Source of the DNA: Wenzhouxiangella sp.
GTDB lineage: Bacteria; Pseudomonadota; Gammaproteobacteria; Xanthomonadales; Wenzhouxiangellaceae
Reading direction: 5' to 3'
Assembly (NCBI GenBank): GCA_965655975.1
Contig: CBFHIS010000004.1
Location: forward strand, 4,428-68,427
DNA length: 64,000 bases
The translations under genes were made by a program, and so were the position numbers. Below the pieces are notes generated by a model, which had not been told where the DNA came from, did no database searches, and saw only the letters and a program-made list of their open reading frames with translations. Of the stretch, positions 17,949 through 30,455 are shown one piece after another (positions within the stretch are counted from its first letter, which is position 1; every line of letters starts with the position of its first letter).

Positions 17949-20900
17949 GGCCCCTCCTCGATTTCATAGAGTTCATTTAAGCTACGGGCATCGGTTTCAT
18001 TCCAATGGTCCAACGCTCGCAAAGTGGCTTTGGCACCCGCTATGGTCGTAGAGTAATTGATTTTGTGCTGCAGTGCCTGGCGCCTGATGGAAAAAGAGTC
18101 TGCAATCGCTTGGCGACCCTCTGTGGTGTTGACGATGTAATCGATTTCTCGATTCTTGATCGCATCCACGATGTGTGGCCTGCCTTGGGTGACCTTGTTG
18201 ACATAATCACAGGCAATGCCAGCTGCTTGGAGCACCTGGTGGGTGCCTTCGGTTGCAACCAGACTAAAGCCACGCTCAATCAGTTCTCTGGCGATTGGCA
18301 ACAGCCGGTCTTTATCGGCATCGCGCACACTCAAAAACGCCCGCCCACTGACCGCGGCGTTGATGCCCGCACCTTTCTGTCCACGAGCAACGGCCGCACC
18401 AAAGGTTAAGCCCACACCCATCACTTCACCCGTCGAGCGCATTTCAGGGCCTAGGATGGGGTCAACACCTTGGAACTTAATAAACGGATAAACGGGTTCT
18501 TTGATGGCATAAAAGCGGGTTTTTAAATCGGCCGTCACGCCCTGCTCTTCCAACGTATTGCCAATCATGCAACGCGCTGCAATTTTGGCAATGGCCGTGC
18601 CGGTTGCCTTGGCCACAAAAGGCACTGTGCGAGACGCTCTGGGATTGACCTCCAGAACAAAAATTTCCTCGCCCCGAACAGCAAATTGGACATTCATCAA
18701 CCCCACCACATTTAAAGCCAAGGCCATTTTCCTTGTCTGTTGGGCAATGGCATCAACAATGTGGGTGGGCAAAGAAAACACGGGCAGGCTGCACGAAGAG
18801 TCGCCTGAATGGACGCCTGCCTCTTCGATGTGCTCCATGATTCCACCAATGATGACGCGAGAGCCATCACAGATTGCATCGACATCCACCTCAATGGCAT
18901 GGTCCAAGAACCGGTCCAACAACACAGGAGAATCATTCGATACCTTAACCGCCTCGGTCATGTAACGGCCAAGTTCTGATTCATCGTGGACAATGTCCAT
19001 CGCACGGCCACCCAAGACATAGGATGGGCGAACCACCAGCGGATAACCAATTTCTCTGGCCAGCAAAAGTGCCTGTTCATTGGTACGTGCCACACGATTT
19101 GGCGGCTGCTTCAATTGCAATTCGTTAAGAAGCGCTTGGAAGCGTTCACGGTCTTCAGCCAGATCAATACAGTCGGGTGTGGTCCCGACAATGGGGGCAC
19201 CATGTGCCTCCAGCGCCCGGGCCAGTTTCAAGGGTGTTTGACCGCCAAACTGGATGATCACGCCCTCAGGCTTTTCCACTTGGATAATGGATAAGACGCT
19301 CTCGAGCGTCAAAGGCTCAAAATACAGCCGATCTGATGTGTCGTAATCGGTTGAGACTGTTTCTGGATTGCAGTTGACCATGATGGTCTCATAACCCAGC
19401 TCGCGCATGGCCATGGCTGCATGCACGCAGCAATAATCGAATTCAATGCCCTGACCAATTCGATTGGGGCCACCACCCAAGACCATCACCTTTTTTCGAT
19501 CACTCGGGTTGGCCTCGCAAGCTTCACCCCATGTCGAATACATATAAGCCGTTGTCGTTTCAAACTCCGCTGCACAGGTATCCACCCGACGATAGACCGG
19601 GTGTATGCTGTGCCGAGCCCGAAACTGAGCAATCTCTTCCTCGCTCACTTTTAAAAGTTGCGCCAACCTGGCATCGGAAAACCCATGGCGCTTGAGCATC
19701 ATCATCTGTTGCTCACTGATGTCACTTAAAGACTGCTGGGTTAGATCAATCTCCAATTCCACCAACTCAATCATTTGGTCCAAGAACCACGGATCGATGC
19801 GTGTCAGCTGATGAATCTCATCCATCGACATGCCAAGCCGGACCGCTTGAGCCACATACAACAAGCGATCAGGGCCTGCCTGGGAGAGCTCGCGTTTCAG
19901 CCAACCCAGATCGCCTTGTTCATCGGCCTGAACTTCTGGCGGATTGAGACCAGTGAGACCTGTTTCTAAACTACACAATGCTTTTTGAAACGACTCTTGA
20001 AACGTCCGACCGATGGCCATCGCCTCACCCACTGATTTCATCTGCGTCGTCAAACGGTCATTGGCCGCTGGGAACTTCTCAAAAGCAAAGCGTGGGATTT
20101 TGGTGACAACATAATCCAACGTGGGCTCAAAAGAGGCCGGCGTCGCGCCACCTGTGATTTCGTTTTTCAACTCATCTAGGGTGTAACCCACAGCGAGTTT
20201 TGCCGCCACTTTCGCGATTGGAAAGCCCGTCGCCTTCGAAGCCAGCGCCGATGAACGCGAGACCCGCGGATTCATTTCGATCACCACGATGCGCCCATCA
20301 TCGGGGTTAACAGCAAATTGCACATTCGAGCCACCAGTGTCGACGCCAATTTTTCTCAACACAGCGATGGAGGCATTGCGCAAGGCTTGATACTCGCGAT
20401 CGGTCAATGTCTGTGCCGGCGCCACAGTGATCGAGTCGCCTGTGTGAATCCCCATAGGATCAATATTTTCAATCGAGCAAATGATGATGCAGTTGTCTGA
20501 GTGATCTCGGACCACCTCAAGCTCAAACTCTTTCCAGCCCAACACCGACTCTTCGAGCAACACCTCAGAGGTTGGGGACAAATCAAGCCCATGCGTCACG
20601 ATCTCATGGAACTCTTCTCTGTTGTAGGCAATGCCACCACCAGAACCGCCGAGAGTAAAAGAGGGTCGAATGATGGTCGGATAACCAATGTCTTTTTGAA
20701 CTTCAATCGCTTCTTCGATGGTGTGCGCCACCTTGGCACGTGGCACAGACAGACCAATCTCCCCCATGGCCACACGAAACTGCTCGCGGTCTTCAGCCAT
20801 ATCGATGGCTTTTTTCGATGCGCCAATCATCTCCACACCGAACTCGGCCAAGACACCTTCCCGATCAAGATCGAGTGCGCAGTTGAGCGCGGTCTGCCCG

Positions 20901-21172
20901 CCCATCGTGGGCAGCAGTGCATCGGGCCTTTCCTTGGCAATCACTTCCCTGACCGTTTGCCAACGAATCGGCTCGATATAGACAACATCGGCCACTTCTG
21001 GATCGGTCATGATGGTGGCCGGATTGGAATTGACCAAAATGACCCGATAGCCCTCTTCTCTGAGCGCTCTGACCGCCTGCACGCCTGAGTAGTCAAACTC
21101 GCAAGCCTGTCCAATAACAATCGGTCCAGCCCCGATGATCAGAATGGATTTTATGTCGGTTCTTTTAGGCAT
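17945..21172 (-). CDS. carB: Carbamoyl-phosphate synthase large subunit
   Basis: [30 protein letters not shown] start at 21172; two ATP-grasp domains and an MGS domain. Confidence 0.99.
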   Translation of the reverse strand: MPKRTDIKSILIIGAGPIVIGQACEFDYSGVQAVRALREEGYRVILVNSNPATIMTDPEVADVVYIEPIRWQTVREVIAKERPDALLPTMGGQTALNCALDLDREGVLAEFGVEMIGASKKAIDMAEDREQFRVAMGEIGLSVPRAKVAHTIEEAIEVQKDIGYPTIIRPSFTLGGSGGGIAYNREEFHEIVTHGLDLSPTSEVLLEESVLGWKEFELEVVRDHSDNCIIICSIENIDPMGIHTGDSITVAPAQTLTDREYQALRNASIAVLRKIGVDTGGSNVQFAVNPDDGRIVVIEMNPRVSRSSALASKATGFPIAKVAAKLAVGYTLDELKNEITGGATPASFEPTLDYVVTKIPRFAFEKFPAANDRLTTQMKSVGEAMAIGRTFQESFQKALCSLETGLTGLNPPEVQADEQGDLGWLKRELSQAGPDRLLYVAQAVRLGMSMDEIHQLTRIDPWFLDQMIELVELEIDLTQQSLSDISEQQMMMLKRHGFSDARLAQLLKVSEEEIAQFRARHSIHPVYRRVDTCAAEFETTTAYMYSTWGEACEANPSDRKKVMVLGGGPNRIGQGIEFDYCCVHAAMAMRELGYETIMVNCNPETVSTDYDTSDRLYFEPLTLESVLSIIQVEKPEGVIIQFGGQTPLKLARALEAHGAPIVGTTPDCIDLAEDRERFQALLNELQLKQPPNRVARTNEQALLLAREIGYPLVVRPSYVLGGRAMDIVHDESELGRYMTEAVKVSNDSPVLLDRFLDHAIEVDVDAICDGSRVIIGGIMEHIEEAGVHSGDSSCSLPVFSLPTHIVDAIAQQTRKMALALNVVGLMNVQFAVRGEEIFVLEVNPRASRTVPFVAKATGTAIAKIAARCMIGNTLEEQGVTADLKTRFYAIKEPVYPFIKFQGVDPILGPEMRSTGEVMGVGLTFGAAVARGQKGAGINAAVSGRAFLSVRDADKDRLLPIARELIERGFSLVATEGTHQVLQAAGIACDYVNKVTQGRPHIVDAIKNREIDYIVNTTEGRQAIADSFSIRRQALQHKINYSTTIAGAKATLRALDHWNETDARSLNELYEIEEGP

Positions 21173-22304
21173 GCCGTGACTCCATCCACTCAACAAACTG
21201 ACCGAACAAAGGATACAAATCATGCGGCCCAGGGCTTGCTTCGGGGTGTCCTTGGAACCCCATCGCTGGCTTACCGTCGATGCGGATCCCTTGGATGCTC
21301 CCATCAAAAAGCGAATGGTGTGTCGGAATCACATGCGCGGGCAGATCACGCTCGTCAACACAAAAACCATGATTCTGGCTGGTGATAAACACCTCGCCGC
21401 TCACCGCATCACGGACTGGATGATTGGCACCATGGTGGCCAAACTTCATTTTGGTGGTTTTGGCGCCTGCGCCCAATGCCAGAAGCTGATGCCCCAAGCA
21501 GATGCCAAAGGTCGGCACCCCGTCGGCCAAAAGCTTGGCAACGAGGTCAATGGCGTAACCGCATGGCTCAGGGTCACCTGGCCCATTTGACAACAAGACA
21601 CCGTCAGGCCCAAGCGCCATCACGTCCTCAAACGTGGATTGCGCAGGGACAACGGTGACTCGACAGCCAGCCTGAACCAACAACCGCAAGATGTTGCGCT
21701 TGGTGCCATAGTCAACACAGACCACGTGATGCTTGGCCTCTGGTACGTGGCCCAGGCACCCACGTTGTGTCAGGTCAACTGCCCCCTCATGCCATTCATA
21801 GGGCTGTTCGACCGAGACGGTCTTGGCAAGGTCCAAACCCTGCATCGGTGGGCACGCCCGTGCCTGTTCTAACGCTTCATCGGGGTCAACGGACTCGCCC
21901 ACCATCAAACAGCCATTCAACGCACCGACCTGGCGAAGGTGGCGCGTCAAAGAGCGCGTATCCACATCGCAAATCCCAGAGCGCCCGTGGGCTTTAAGAA
22001 ATTCATCCAACGACATCTTGGCTCGCCAAGAACGATACAGCCTTGGATGGTCGCGAACAATCAAACCCATGCAATGCATTCGATCCGATTCTTGATCGAA
22101 CGGATTAACACCTGTGTTGCCAACATGGGCGGCTGTGAGTGTGACCAACTGACCGGCGTAACTGGGGTCAGTCAGGATCTCTTGGTAGCCTGTCATGGCG
22201 GTGTTAAACACCACCTCGCCAGTCAATGTGGCGGGCGCACCAAAACCCACACCAGAAAACAGCGTACCGTCTTCTAGTGCCAATATCGCCTGTAAATGGG
22301 ACAA
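21165..22304 (-). CDS. carA: Carbamoyl-phosphate synthase small subunit
   Basis: [35 protein letters not shown]. Confidence 0.99.
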   Translation of the reverse strand: MSHLQAILALEDGTLFSGVGFGAPATLTGEVVFNTAMTGYQEILTDPSYAGQLVTLTAAHVGNTGVNPFDQESDRMHCMGLIVRDHPRLYRSWRAKMSLDEFLKAHGRSGICDVDTRSLTRHLRQVGALNGCLMVGESVDPDEALEQARACPPMQGLDLAKTVSVEQPYEWHEGAVDLTQRGCLGHVPEAKHHVVCVDYGTKRNILRLLVQAGCRVTVVPAQSTFEDVMALGPDGVLLSNGPGDPEPCGYAIDLVAKLLADGVPTFGICLGHQLLALGAGAKTTKMKFGHHGANHPVRDAVSGEVFITSQNHGFCVDERDLPAHVIPTHHSLFDGSIQGIRIDGKPAMGFQGHPEASPGPHDLYPLFGQFVEWMESRHA

Positions 22305-22385
22305 AGTTTGAGACCTCCGGTTGACAGGGATGAAATACCCCTTATCCGGATGTCTATTGTAAACAAACCACGCTGAGCGAACCAG

Positions 22386-22865
22386 CTATATCGCCAAAAA
22401 GTCCGGAATTTCGTCGGCTGCCTTAAAAGTAGAGACGCCGTGGCCTTGCGTCAGACAAAAATCGAGCCATTTCACCAAGGCCCGATTCAGACGCCAGCTG
22501 CGCACCACTTGGCCATGAATCGGCAAATCAGGGCCTGCAAACCTCTGGATGCCCTGCTCTGGACTAAAGGCAGTTGCCTCAGCCAGGTGCGCATCGTGAT
22601 AGATCCGGATATACGCGTTTGGGTTTTGTACCTGTCCGTCAGCCATGACGTAGGTCAACTGAAGATAGGAGGTGTAGTCATGTCGCTCGAGAACATTGAG
22701 ATACAGATCAGGGCTGTTGGCCACTTTCGACACCAAACAATCAGACCGGCTGAGCTGGTCGGGCAACAGCAAGCTCAGCGCGCCATAAATGGCCGCGTGC
22801 AAGTTGGGCAGCTGCCTGGCCAAACGCTGCACTTGGGGACGCTGAATCTCTAGCTTCGTTAACAT
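22386..22865 (-). CDS. DUF1249 (YqiB-like) protein
   Basis: LERHDYTSYLQLT...IRIYHDAHLAEA...WRLNRALVKWLDFCLTQGH pattern; ATG 22865. Confidence 0.75.
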   Translation of the reverse strand: MLTKLEIQRPQVQRLARQLPNLHAAIYGALSLLLPDQLSRSDCLVSKVANSPDLYLNVLERHDYTSYLQLTYVMADGQVQNPNAYIRIYHDAHLAEATAFSPEQGIQRFAGPDLPIHGQVVRSWRLNRALVKWLDFCLTQGHGVSTFKAADEIPDFLAI

Positions 22866-22884
22866 GCCCGGCACTATAGCAAAC

Positions 22885-23715
22885 TCACGGTGAATTGCTC
22901 TCTAGGTCTTCCCGGTGCAATCCTTGGCTCAACAAGATCCGGCTGGCCAGCTCCTCAATAGAGGAACCGGTTGATGAAAGCTGGGGTACGCCTTCGGCTC
23001 GAAGCATGGCTTCGGCAGCCTCCACCTCATATCGACACTGCTTGAGTGAGGCGTAGCGAGAGTTGGGCCGGCGCAGCTCACGAATCTTGCTAAGACGCTC
23101 AGGCTCTATGGTCAAGCCAAACAACTTCTTTTTGTGCTGCCGGAGGAAATCTGGGAGCCGTGGCTGCTCTAAGTCTTCCTCGGTCAGAGGGTAATTGGCC
23201 GCCTTTAGCCCATAATGCAGGGCCATGTACAGACACGTCGGGGTTTTGCCCGAGCGAGACACACCCACCAGGATTACATCGGCCTGATCCATCTTTTGGC
23301 TGATGCCATCGTCATGGGTTAAGGCATAGTTGGTCGCCTCCATCCGGTCTTCGTAGACGGTGCGATCCCCCATACCGTGCGCCCGCCCGACACTGGGCTT
23401 TCTGGGCCGACCCAAAGACTTTTCGATTTCCACCAAAAAATGATCAAATAAATTAAAGACTTGTGCGTCACTTTTCGAAATAATCTGAGTAATCTCGGGG
23501 TCCACGGTTGTGGAAAAAACCAGGCTGGATTCCCCGCTGGCCTTGGTCGCCCGATTAATCAACTCAGCGCTGTCTCTGGCCTTTGAGGGTGTGTCCACAA
23601 ATGGCAGTCTGATTTGACGAAACTCGAGATCGGCAAACTGAGTCAGCAAGCTGTGACCAAAAGTCTCAGCTGTGATCGCGGTCCCGTCTGAGACAAAAAA
23701 CACAGTTCGTTTCAT
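22885..23715 (-). CDS. ppsR: PEP synthase regulatory kinase/pyrophosphorylase
   Basis: [27 protein letters not shown]; divergent from ppsA. Confidence 0.96.
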   Translation of the reverse strand: MKRTVFFVSDGTAITAETFGHSLLTQFADLEFRQIRLPFVDTPSKARDSAELINRATKASGESSLVFSTTVDPEITQIISKSDAQVFNLFDHFLVEIEKSLGRPRKPSVGRAHGMGDRTVYEDRMEATNYALTHDDGISQKMDQADVILVGVSRSGKTPTCLYMALHYGLKAANYPLTEEDLEQPRLPDFLRQHKKKLFGLTIEPERLSKIRELRRPNSRYASLKQCRYEVEAAEAMLRAEGVPQLSSTGSSIEELASRILLSQGLHREDLESNSP

Positions 23716-23775
23716 TTCGCCCTCTGGGTTTACAATAGTCACTGGTTCAACACAAAAGTAAGGGAAAACCATCCA

Positions 23776-26136
23776 GTGACTGAGTATATCCTGTGGCTAG
23801 ATCAGCTGGGCATGAACGACCTTGAAAAGGTCGGTGGGAAAAATGCTTCTTTGGGGGAAATGATTGGCCATTTGGCTGATGCAGGTGTCCGTGTTCCGGG
23901 GGGATTTGCCACCACAGCCGATGCATTTCGTGAGTTTCTCGACCAATCGGGCTTGGCCGGCAAGATTCAAGACCGGCTGGCAGGCCTCGATACGGAAGAT
24001 ACGCGCGCGCTGGCACAAGCGGGGCAAGAGATCAGGCGATGGATCATGGATACGCCCTTACAAGTCCCATTGCAAGAAGCCATCACCGAAGCCTTTATCC
24101 AAATGGGTCAGCGCTACGGTGATGATATGGCCGTTGCTGTTCGATCGTCCGCCACGGCTGAAGATCTGCCAGACGCCTCATTTGCTGGTCAGCAAGAGAC
24201 TTTTTTAAATGTTCGAGGCATCGACGATGTCTTGGAAAAGCTACACGCTGTTTTTGCAAGCTTATACAACGACCGCGCCATTGCGTATCGAGTGCACCAC
24301 GGCTTTGACCACCACGATGTGGCGTTGTCTGCTGGTGTTCAATTGATGGTGAGGTCTGATCAGGGGGCTGCTGGTGTCTTATTCACGCTGGACACCGAAT
24401 CCGGTTACCGTGGTGTTGTCTTTGTCACAGCCAGCTATGGCTTGGGAGAAAGCGTGGTCCAAGGCGCGGTCAATCCCGATGAGTTTTATCTGTTTAAAGA
24501 CAACCTGCGCCAAAACAGGCCTGCCTTGTTGAGAAAAACCTTGGGCTCCAAGGCCACTCGGATGATCAATGATGCAGTCCGTGGCGTGGTGGTGGAAGAC
24601 ACGCCCACTGATTTCGCGACTCGCTTTTCGCTGACAGACGAAGAGGTCACCGAATTGGGTCAAATGGCACTCGCCATTGAGGATCACTACGGTCGACCCA
24701 TGGACATTGAGTGGGGCAAAGATGGCCTCACTGGTTCGCTCTACATTCTCCAGGCACGCCCCGAGACAGTCAAAAGCCGGCACGACCAAACAATGGAGCG
24801 ATTCAAGCTTGAAGAAACAGGCGAGGTCATGACTCAAGGCCGCGCCATCGGTCAGCGGATTGGTACTGGGCGCGCGCGTGTCATCCAAACGCTTGAGGCG
24901 ATCCATGAGGTCGAGGCCGGGGATGTGTTGGTCACGGACATGACCGACCCAGACTGGGAGCCTGTGATGAAGCGTGCCTCTGCCATCGTGACCAACCGTG
25001 GTGGAAGAACATGTCATGCGGCCATCATCGCTCGCGAACTCGGCATCCCTGCGGTGGTTGGCTGTGGTGATGCCACCCAAGCCATCCCCCATGAAACTGT
25101 TGTGACGGTCGCCTGCTCAGAGGGCGATACAGGCTACATCTATGAGGGCGCCCTCTCGTTCAGCGTGGCAGAAGATTCACTCAATGAAATGCCAAAGGCA
25201 CCTCTCAAAGTCATGATGAACGTTGCCAACCCCGACCGAGCATTTGATTTTGCACAGATCCCCAATCATGGCATTGGCCTTGCACGCCTCGAATTCATTA
25301 TCAATCGGATGATCGGCATTCACCCGCTGGCGCTTCTCAACCCCGATGACCAACCTGAGTTGGTGAAGACTGAGATCGAACAGCGCATCCGTGGCTATGA
25401 TGACCCTGTCTCTTTCTATGTCGATCGCCTGGCAGAGGGCATTGCCACCATCGCCGCACCCTTTGGCCCAAACCCAGTCATTGTTCGACTGTCTGATTTT
25501 AAGAGCAATGAATATGCGAATCTTATTGGTGGACGCGCCTATGAGCCCGAGGAAGAAAACCCCATGATCGGCTGGCGTGGTGCATCGCGTTATGTGGATG
25601 AACAATTCAAACCGGCCTTTGAACTTGAATGTCGGGCATTGAAAAAAGTCCGAGAACACATGGGGCTTGACCATGTCTGGGCCATGGTGCCTTTTGTGCG
25701 CACCGTTGACGAAGCCAAAGAAGTGGTTGAGGTGATGGCGGAATTTGGCTTGAAGCGAGGAGAGAATGGGCTTAAGGTGATCATGATGTGCGAACTGCCC
25801 TCCAACGCACTCTCAGCGCACGCATTCTTAGAACACTTTGATGGCTTCTCCATCGGCTCCAATGACATGACCCAGCTGACCTTAGGGCTAGACCGAGACT
25901 CAGCGTTGGTGGCTCATCGTTTTGATGAGAGAGACCCGGCAGTCAAAGCACTTTTGAAGATGGCCATTGAGGCGTGCCGCCAAGAAGGTAAGTACATCGG
26001 CATTTGCGGACAAGGTCCCTCTGACTATCCAGACCTTGCCCAGTGGCTTCTTGACCAAGGCATCGAAAGCATGTCACTCAACCCCGATACGGTTGTTGAT
26101 ACCTGGCGGAAGCTGGCCAATGCAAAAGGCCATTGA
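23776..26136 (+). CDS. ppsA: Phosphoenolpyruvate synthase
   Basis: [29 protein letters not shown] phospho-His, [11 protein letters not shown]. Confidence 0.99.
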   Translation: MTEYILWLDQLGMNDLEKVGGKNASLGEMIGHLADAGVRVPGGFATTADAFREFLDQSGLAGKIQDRLAGLDTEDTRALAQAGQEIRRWIMDTPLQVPLQEAITEAFIQMGQRYGDDMAVAVRSSATAEDLPDASFAGQQETFLNVRGIDDVLEKLHAVFASLYNDRAIAYRVHHGFDHHDVALSAGVQLMVRSDQGAAGVLFTLDTESGYRGVVFVTASYGLGESVVQGAVNPDEFYLFKDNLRQNRPALLRKTLGSKATRMINDAVRGVVVEDTPTDFATRFSLTDEEVTELGQMALAIEDHYGRPMDIEWGKDGLTGSLYILQARPETVKSRHDQTMERFKLEETGEVMTQGRAIGQRIGTGRARVIQTLEAIHEVEAGDVLVTDMTDPDWEPVMKRASAIVTNRGGRTCHAAIIARELGIPAVVGCGDATQAIPHETVVTVACSEGDTGYIYEGALSFSVAEDSLNEMPKAPLKVMMNVANPDRAFDFAQIPNHGIGLARLEFIINRMIGIHPLALLNPDDQPELVKTEIEQRIRGYDDPVSFYVDRLAEGIATIAAPFGPNPVIVRLSDFKSNEYANLIGGRAYEPEEENPMIGWRGASRYVDEQFKPAFELECRALKKVREHMGLDHVWAMVPFVRTVDEAKEVVEVMAEFGLKRGENGLKVIMMCELPSNALSAHAFLEHFDGFSIGSNDMTQLTLGLDRDSALVAHRFDERDPAVKALLKMAIEACRQEGKYIGICGQGPSDYPDLAQWLLDQGIESMSLNPDTVVDTWRKLANAKGH

Positions 26137-26149
26137 GCTTGATGCTTTT

Positions 26150-26728
26150 TTATGAAAGACCGCTCAATGGCCCCATGTATTGCCGATAATGCCGGAGCTC
26201 TGCAATCGATTCTTGAATGTCCTCAAGTGCTTGGTGCGTCCCTTTTTTCTGGAACTCAGACACGATCGATGGTGCCCAGCGCGAACCGAGCTCTTTCAAG
26301 GTGCTGACATCGAGATTCCTGTAGTGAAAAAATGCCTCCAACGTTGGCATCTGACGCGCCAAAAAACGTCTGTCCTGGCAAATCGAGTTGCCGCACATTG
26401 GCGAGCGGCCTGGAGACACAAATTGACTCAGAAAGGCCAAGGTTTCTCGCTCAGCCTCTGCCAAACTGGTGGCACTCTCAAGGCAGCGTTTCACCAAACC
26501 CGACTGGGTGTGCGTGCGTGTGTTCCACTCATCCATCGCCTCGAGAACCGATGCCGGTGTTTGGATCGCTCGGACTGGACCCTCGGCCATCACGTTCAAT
26601 TGCGCGTCGGTCACAATGGTGGCAATTTCGATGATGTCATCGCTCAGCGGGTTGAGACCCGTCATCTCCAAATCAATCCACACCAGCCAGCCAGCGTTGT
26701 TGGCGTCGGTCTTAGCAGCATCTGTCAT
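26150..26728 (-). CDS. orn: Oligoribonuclease
   Basis: [37 protein letters not shown]. Confidence 0.98.
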   Translation of the reverse strand: MTDAAKTDANNAGWLVWIDLEMTGLNPLSDDIIEIATIVTDAQLNVMAEGPVRAIQTPASVLEAMDEWNTRTHTQSGLVKRCLESATSLAEAERETLAFLSQFVSPGRSPMCGNSICQDRRFLARQMPTLEAFFHYRNLDVSTLKELGSRWAPSIVSEFQKKGTHQALEDIQESIAELRHYRQYMGPLSGLS

Positions 26729-26787
26729 GGTCTAAATCCATTGAGGTACGTTGAGTTGCGCTCACTATATCAGGACAATCATCGTTT

Positions 26788-27714
26788 ATGAAGATAGAGC
26801 CATCGCGTGTGCTGGTCACCCACTCCGATCATGGAACGGCACTCATGCCTGATGGACAGTTGTCGCATTTTTACTTCAACCGCTCGTTGGAGCGGCCTTT
26901 GGCAGGCGACTTGATCGAACTCGACAAGGAAAATCGCTTAACCGCCATCCGTCCACGCACAAATACCTTTGGCCGCGGCGATCACAAGGGGCGCTTTAAG
27001 CCCACGGCGTCCAATATTGATCAGCTCTTGATCGTGATTGCCCCAGAACCAGAGCCCAGCTTAGATTTAATGACACGCTACTTGGCCATGGCCGAGCAGC
27101 GGCAAATCAAACCAATCATTGTGCTCAACAAAACCGATCTGGGCATTCCAGAGATTCCAGCATTTGCCTACCTAAAGGACTTAGAAACATTGGGGTATAC
27201 CCCGATTAAAACCAACATCAATGACGCTCAATCGCTCAAAATATTGACCGAGCACATCACCGATCAGACGAGCATTTTGGCGGGCCAATCTGGGGTGGGG
27301 AAATCGTCAATTCTCAATCGACTGATCCCTGGTGTGGAGAGCTTGATTGGGCAACTCTCACAAGCCACTGGCAAAGGCAAGCACACAACCACAACCACAC
27401 GCCTCTATCCATTGCCCCAAGGCGGGTATCTGGTTGACTCACCTGGCGTTTGGGAATATGGCCTATGGCAAATGCCCATTGTTGAGCTGGCAGAGTCCTT
27501 TGTAGAGTTCCGGCCCTTTTTAGGACAATGCCGCTTCAGAGATTGCACCCATGACCATGAACCCGGCTGCGCTGTGCTAGAAGCAGCGAGCCGTGGAGAA
27601 ATCCACGCCAGTCGACTAGACGCTTGGCGGCGTCTACTGGCCGAGCAGAGCCGCTACCAGCGACCCGATCATTACCCCGACAATCACCAAGGCAAAGGAT
27701 CGCCATTGGCATGA
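26788..27714 (+). CDS. rsgA: Ribosome small subunit biogenesis GTPase
   Basis: Circularly permuted NKTD, GQSGVGKS, HTTT, DSPG; Zn motif CRFRDCTHDHEPGC. Confidence 0.95.
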   Translation: MKIEPSRVLVTHSDHGTALMPDGQLSHFYFNRSLERPLAGDLIELDKENRLTAIRPRTNTFGRGDHKGRFKPTASNIDQLLIVIAPEPEPSLDLMTRYLAMAEQRQIKPIIVLNKTDLGIPEIPAFAYLKDLETLGYTPIKTNINDAQSLKILTEHITDQTSILAGQSGVGKSSILNRLIPGVESLIGQLSQATGKGKHTTTTTRLYPLPQGGYLVDSPGVWEYGLWQMPIVELAESFVEFRPFLGQCRFRDCTHDHEPGCAVLEAASRGEIHASRLDAWRRLLAEQSRYQRPDHYPDNHQGKGSPLA

Positions 27715-28355
27715 CGAAATGAGCCCGTGCTCGCCATGTCAAGCTCTTCAATGCGCTCCATCAAATTGGCCGCCGCCTCATCTGGTTCGATGTGACCTGT
27801 GTGCTGGGTCATGCCAGTTTTGACATAGCCAGGATGCAATAGGCCCACCGCAATGCCTTTGGGTTTTAACTCATGCGCCAAAGAGACACCCGCACTGTTC
27901 ACCCCCGCCTTAGAAATTCGGTAGGCAAACTGTCCACCTGAGGTGTTGTCGGCCACAGATCCCATCCGGGACGTGATAATGATGACTTTTGAGCCGGCTT
28001 TGAGTGAACCCAAAAGCGCCGAAGTCACCCGCAATGGCGCCAAGGTATTAATCTCAAACTGTTGACGATAAGCATCGAGCTCTTGCTCAATGCCCACCAG
28101 AGAACTGCCAACCAACAAACCCGCATTGTTGATCAGCACATCAAGCTCAACCCCCTCAAGGCGTTTGGCCAACGCCTCCAAATCATCCCCATGGGTGACA
28201 TCAATCCCAGCCTCCACTCGAATGCCTTTAATCTTGTCGAGTTCATCGGAACTTTGGCGGCAAACCGCGATGACTTGATGCCCTGATGCCTGATATTGCT
28301 TGGCCAACTCCAGGCCAATTCCTCTATTTGCACCGGTAATTAAGAGCGTACTCAT
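27684..28355 (-). CDS. Short-chain dehydrogenase/reductase
   Basis: TGANRGIG, NNAG, YRISK, LHPGYVKT. Confidence 0.9.
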   Translation of the reverse strand: MSTLLITGANRGIGLELAKQYQASGHQVIAVCRQSSDELDKIKGIRVEAGIDVTHGDDLEALAKRLEGVELDVLINNAGLLVGSSLVGIEQELDAYRQQFEINTLAPLRVTSALLGSLKAGSKVIIITSRMGSVADNTSGGQFAYRISKAGVNSAGVSLAHELKPKGIAVGLLHPGYVKTGMTQHTGHIEPDEAAANLMERIEELDMASTGSFRHANGDPLPW

Positions 28356-28463
28356 CGTTATCGTCCTCTGATAAATGGTGGCAAGTGAACCAACTAAATC
28401 ATCATTTTACATGCCTGGTCTCACCGCATGGCTTTGCTCTCTCACCTAAGCACCGAAGTGCCC

Positions 28464-28472
28464 TGATATACT
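28464..28472 (+). promoter_or_regulatory. Extended -10 promoter, leaderless architecture, for agmatine deiminase
   Basis: TG-A-TATACT followed 7 nt later by ATG 28480; no SD. Confidence 0.65.
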
Positions 28473-28479
28473 CTCGCCC

Positions 28480-29553
28480 ATGGGTCAAAGACAAGCCAAC
28501 CACCACAGCACAACGGATCAAAAACGCCTGCCTGGCGAATTCGAAAACCAGTCTGCTCTGCTTGTCGCATGGCCCCACAGAGCCACGGACTGGGCGCCCT
28601 GCTTGGCCGAGGTGCGCTCGGAGATTGAGCGCCTGATTGAAGCCACTCTAGAGCATCAAACCGTCATTTTGCTGCGGGACCCCAAAGACATCGACCCCCT
28701 GCCCTCAGCCATTGCCTCGCATCCTAGACTTGTATTGATGCCCATTCCATTTGATGACACGTGGTGTCGAGACTTTGGGCCGATTGGGTTTGTTGCGGAG
28801 AACTCCTTAGTCTTGGTTAATTTTGAATTCACGGCTTGGGGCAAAGACTATGTCAACAGCAAAGACAACGAAGTCACTTCAACTCTGGCCACGCAACCCA
28901 AATTCATAGAGGCCGTTGGACCCATTGCGTTACGTCAATCTGACTTTGTCTTAGAGGGTGGCGCCATTGAGTCGAATGGGCAAGGCACGGTTTTGGTCAA
29001 CTGGCACTGCCTCAAAACGCGGCATCCTGCGATGGCGCGCGATGAGCTCGAGGTAAGACTCAAAAATGAATTATGTGCACAAGAGATCATTGGCATTGAT
29101 GTGCCCCCACACGCTGGCGATGACACCGATGGTCACATTGATACATTGGCACGCTTTATCGACGCTCAAACCATTGTGGTGCAAGCGCTCGCCGATGCCT
29201 CACTGAATACTGAATTGATGCGACAACTTGGTCAGCTGGAGGTTATCGGCGAGCATGGGAAGCATCAATCACCACGATTAATTGTGTTGCCAGCGGCGAG
29301 TGATGCCTCAGAATTGCCGCTGAACTATGTCAATTTTGTTCTAATCAATAATGCTTGCTTGGTGCCTGTCTATGGGCTTGCCAGTGATGAGATCGCCTTG
29401 TCGACACTGGCCAACGCCCTCCCCGAGCGTCAGATTGTGCCGATACCCTCTCGTTATTTGATCACCCAATTTGGTGGGCCACATTGTGCCACCATGCACA
29501 TACCCGCCATCGCAACAACCCCAGCCCGATCTGACTCATGGGGGTTGGTTTAG
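28480..29553 (+). CDS. Agmatine deiminase / peptidylarginine deiminase family
   Basis: AWPH, DTWCRD, EGGAIESNG, DTDGHID, GGPHC catalytic Cys. Confidence 0.9.
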   Translation: MGQRQANHHSTTDQKRLPGEFENQSALLVAWPHRATDWAPCLAEVRSEIERLIEATLEHQTVILLRDPKDIDPLPSAIASHPRLVLMPIPFDDTWCRDFGPIGFVAENSLVLVNFEFTAWGKDYVNSKDNEVTSTLATQPKFIEAVGPIALRQSDFVLEGGAIESNGQGTVLVNWHCLKTRHPAMARDELEVRLKNELCAQEIIGIDVPPHAGDDTDGHIDTLARFIDAQTIVVQALADASLNTELMRQLGQLEVIGEHGKHQSPRLIVLPAASDASELPLNYVNFVLINNACLVPVYGLASDEIALSTLANALPERQIVPIPSRYLITQFGGPHCATMHIPAIATTPARSDSWGLV

Positions 29554-29561
29554 GAGACGCC

Positions 29562-30455
29562 ATGTCACAAAGTTTAAAAATTGTTCTCGCCCAACACGCC
29601 ATGGGGGATGATTCAGAAAAAAATCTAGACACCAGCTTGGAGCTGATCGGGCAAGCGGCTTTTGCAGGGGCTGATTTGGTGGTGCTTCCCGAGCTCCATC
29701 GAACTCCTTATTTTTGTAAATCACAGCAAGCCCGTTTCTTTGATCAGGCAGAAGCACTGGATGGCCCGACTTTCCAAGCGCTCTCGCAAAGCGCGAAAGA
29801 TCATCAAGTCGTGATTGTCGGCAGTATCTTTGAGGCGCGCCAGGCTGGGCTCGCATCCAACACAGCCATCGTGGTCGATAAAAATGGCGCCATGGCTGGC
29901 TACTATCGGAAGATGCACATCCCAGATGATCCTGGCTACAACGAGAAATACTATTTTGCACCGGGGGATCTCGGCTTCAAACCGATCGATACCTCCATCG
30001 GTCGGCTTGGTGTGTTGGTGTGTTGGGACCAATGGTTCCCAGAAGCTGCGCGCCTCATGGCACTGGCAGGTGCCCAATTGCTCATTTACCCGACCGCCAT
30101 TGGCTGGGATCCCAACGATGCAGCAGATGAACAAGCTCGCCAACTCGAGGCTTGGCGCATCATGCACCAAGCCCACGCCATTGCCAATGGACTGCCTGTC
30201 GTTGCCTGCAACCGAATCGGTTATGAGCCAGACCCAGATGGTGGGCTCCACCCCGCTCATTTTTGGGGCCACAGCCTGATTGCTGGCCAACAAGGTGAGT
30301 TGATTGCCCAGGCCAACGACCAAGCCACTTTGCTGATGGGATCGGTCGATCTGGCTCGCACGGACACTGTTCGACGCACTTGGCCCTTCCTCAGAGATCG
30401 ACGAGTGGATGCCTATGCCGGACTGCTGTCTCGGTCATTGGACGAAGGCTCATGA
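29562..30455 (+). CDS. aguB: Carbon-nitrogen hydrolase, N-carbamoylputrescine amidase-like
   Basis: E-K-C triad PEL / YRKMHIP / VCWDQWFPE; SD AGGAG; downstream of the agmatine deiminase. Confidence 0.85.
   Translation: MSQSLKIVLAQHAMGDDSEKNLDTSLELIGQAAFAGADLVVLPELHRTPYFCKSQQARFFDQAEALDGPTFQALSQSAKDHQVVIVGSIFEARQAGLASNTAIVVDKNGAMAGYYRKMHIPDDPGYNEKYYFAPGDLGFKPIDTSIGRLGVLVCWDQWFPEAARLMALAGAQLLIYPTAIGWDPNDAADEQARQLEAWRIMHQAHAIANGLPVVACNRIGYEPDPDGGLHPAHFWGHSLIAGQQGELIAQANDQATLLMGSVDLARTDTVRRTWPFLRDRRVDAYAGLLSRSLDEGS

Noticed and set aside
22305-22385. Possible pyrimidine attenuator in the carA leader
   Set aside because: Only weak pairing (AGGG/CCCT, CCGG); no U-tract or recognisable PyrR motif
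24379-25674. Long antisense ORFs (237 aa, 165 aa; likewise 18005-21088, 26180-26791, 29721-30323, 59173-59715)
   Set aside because: Shadow frames of well-conserved genes, with no motifs or start signals
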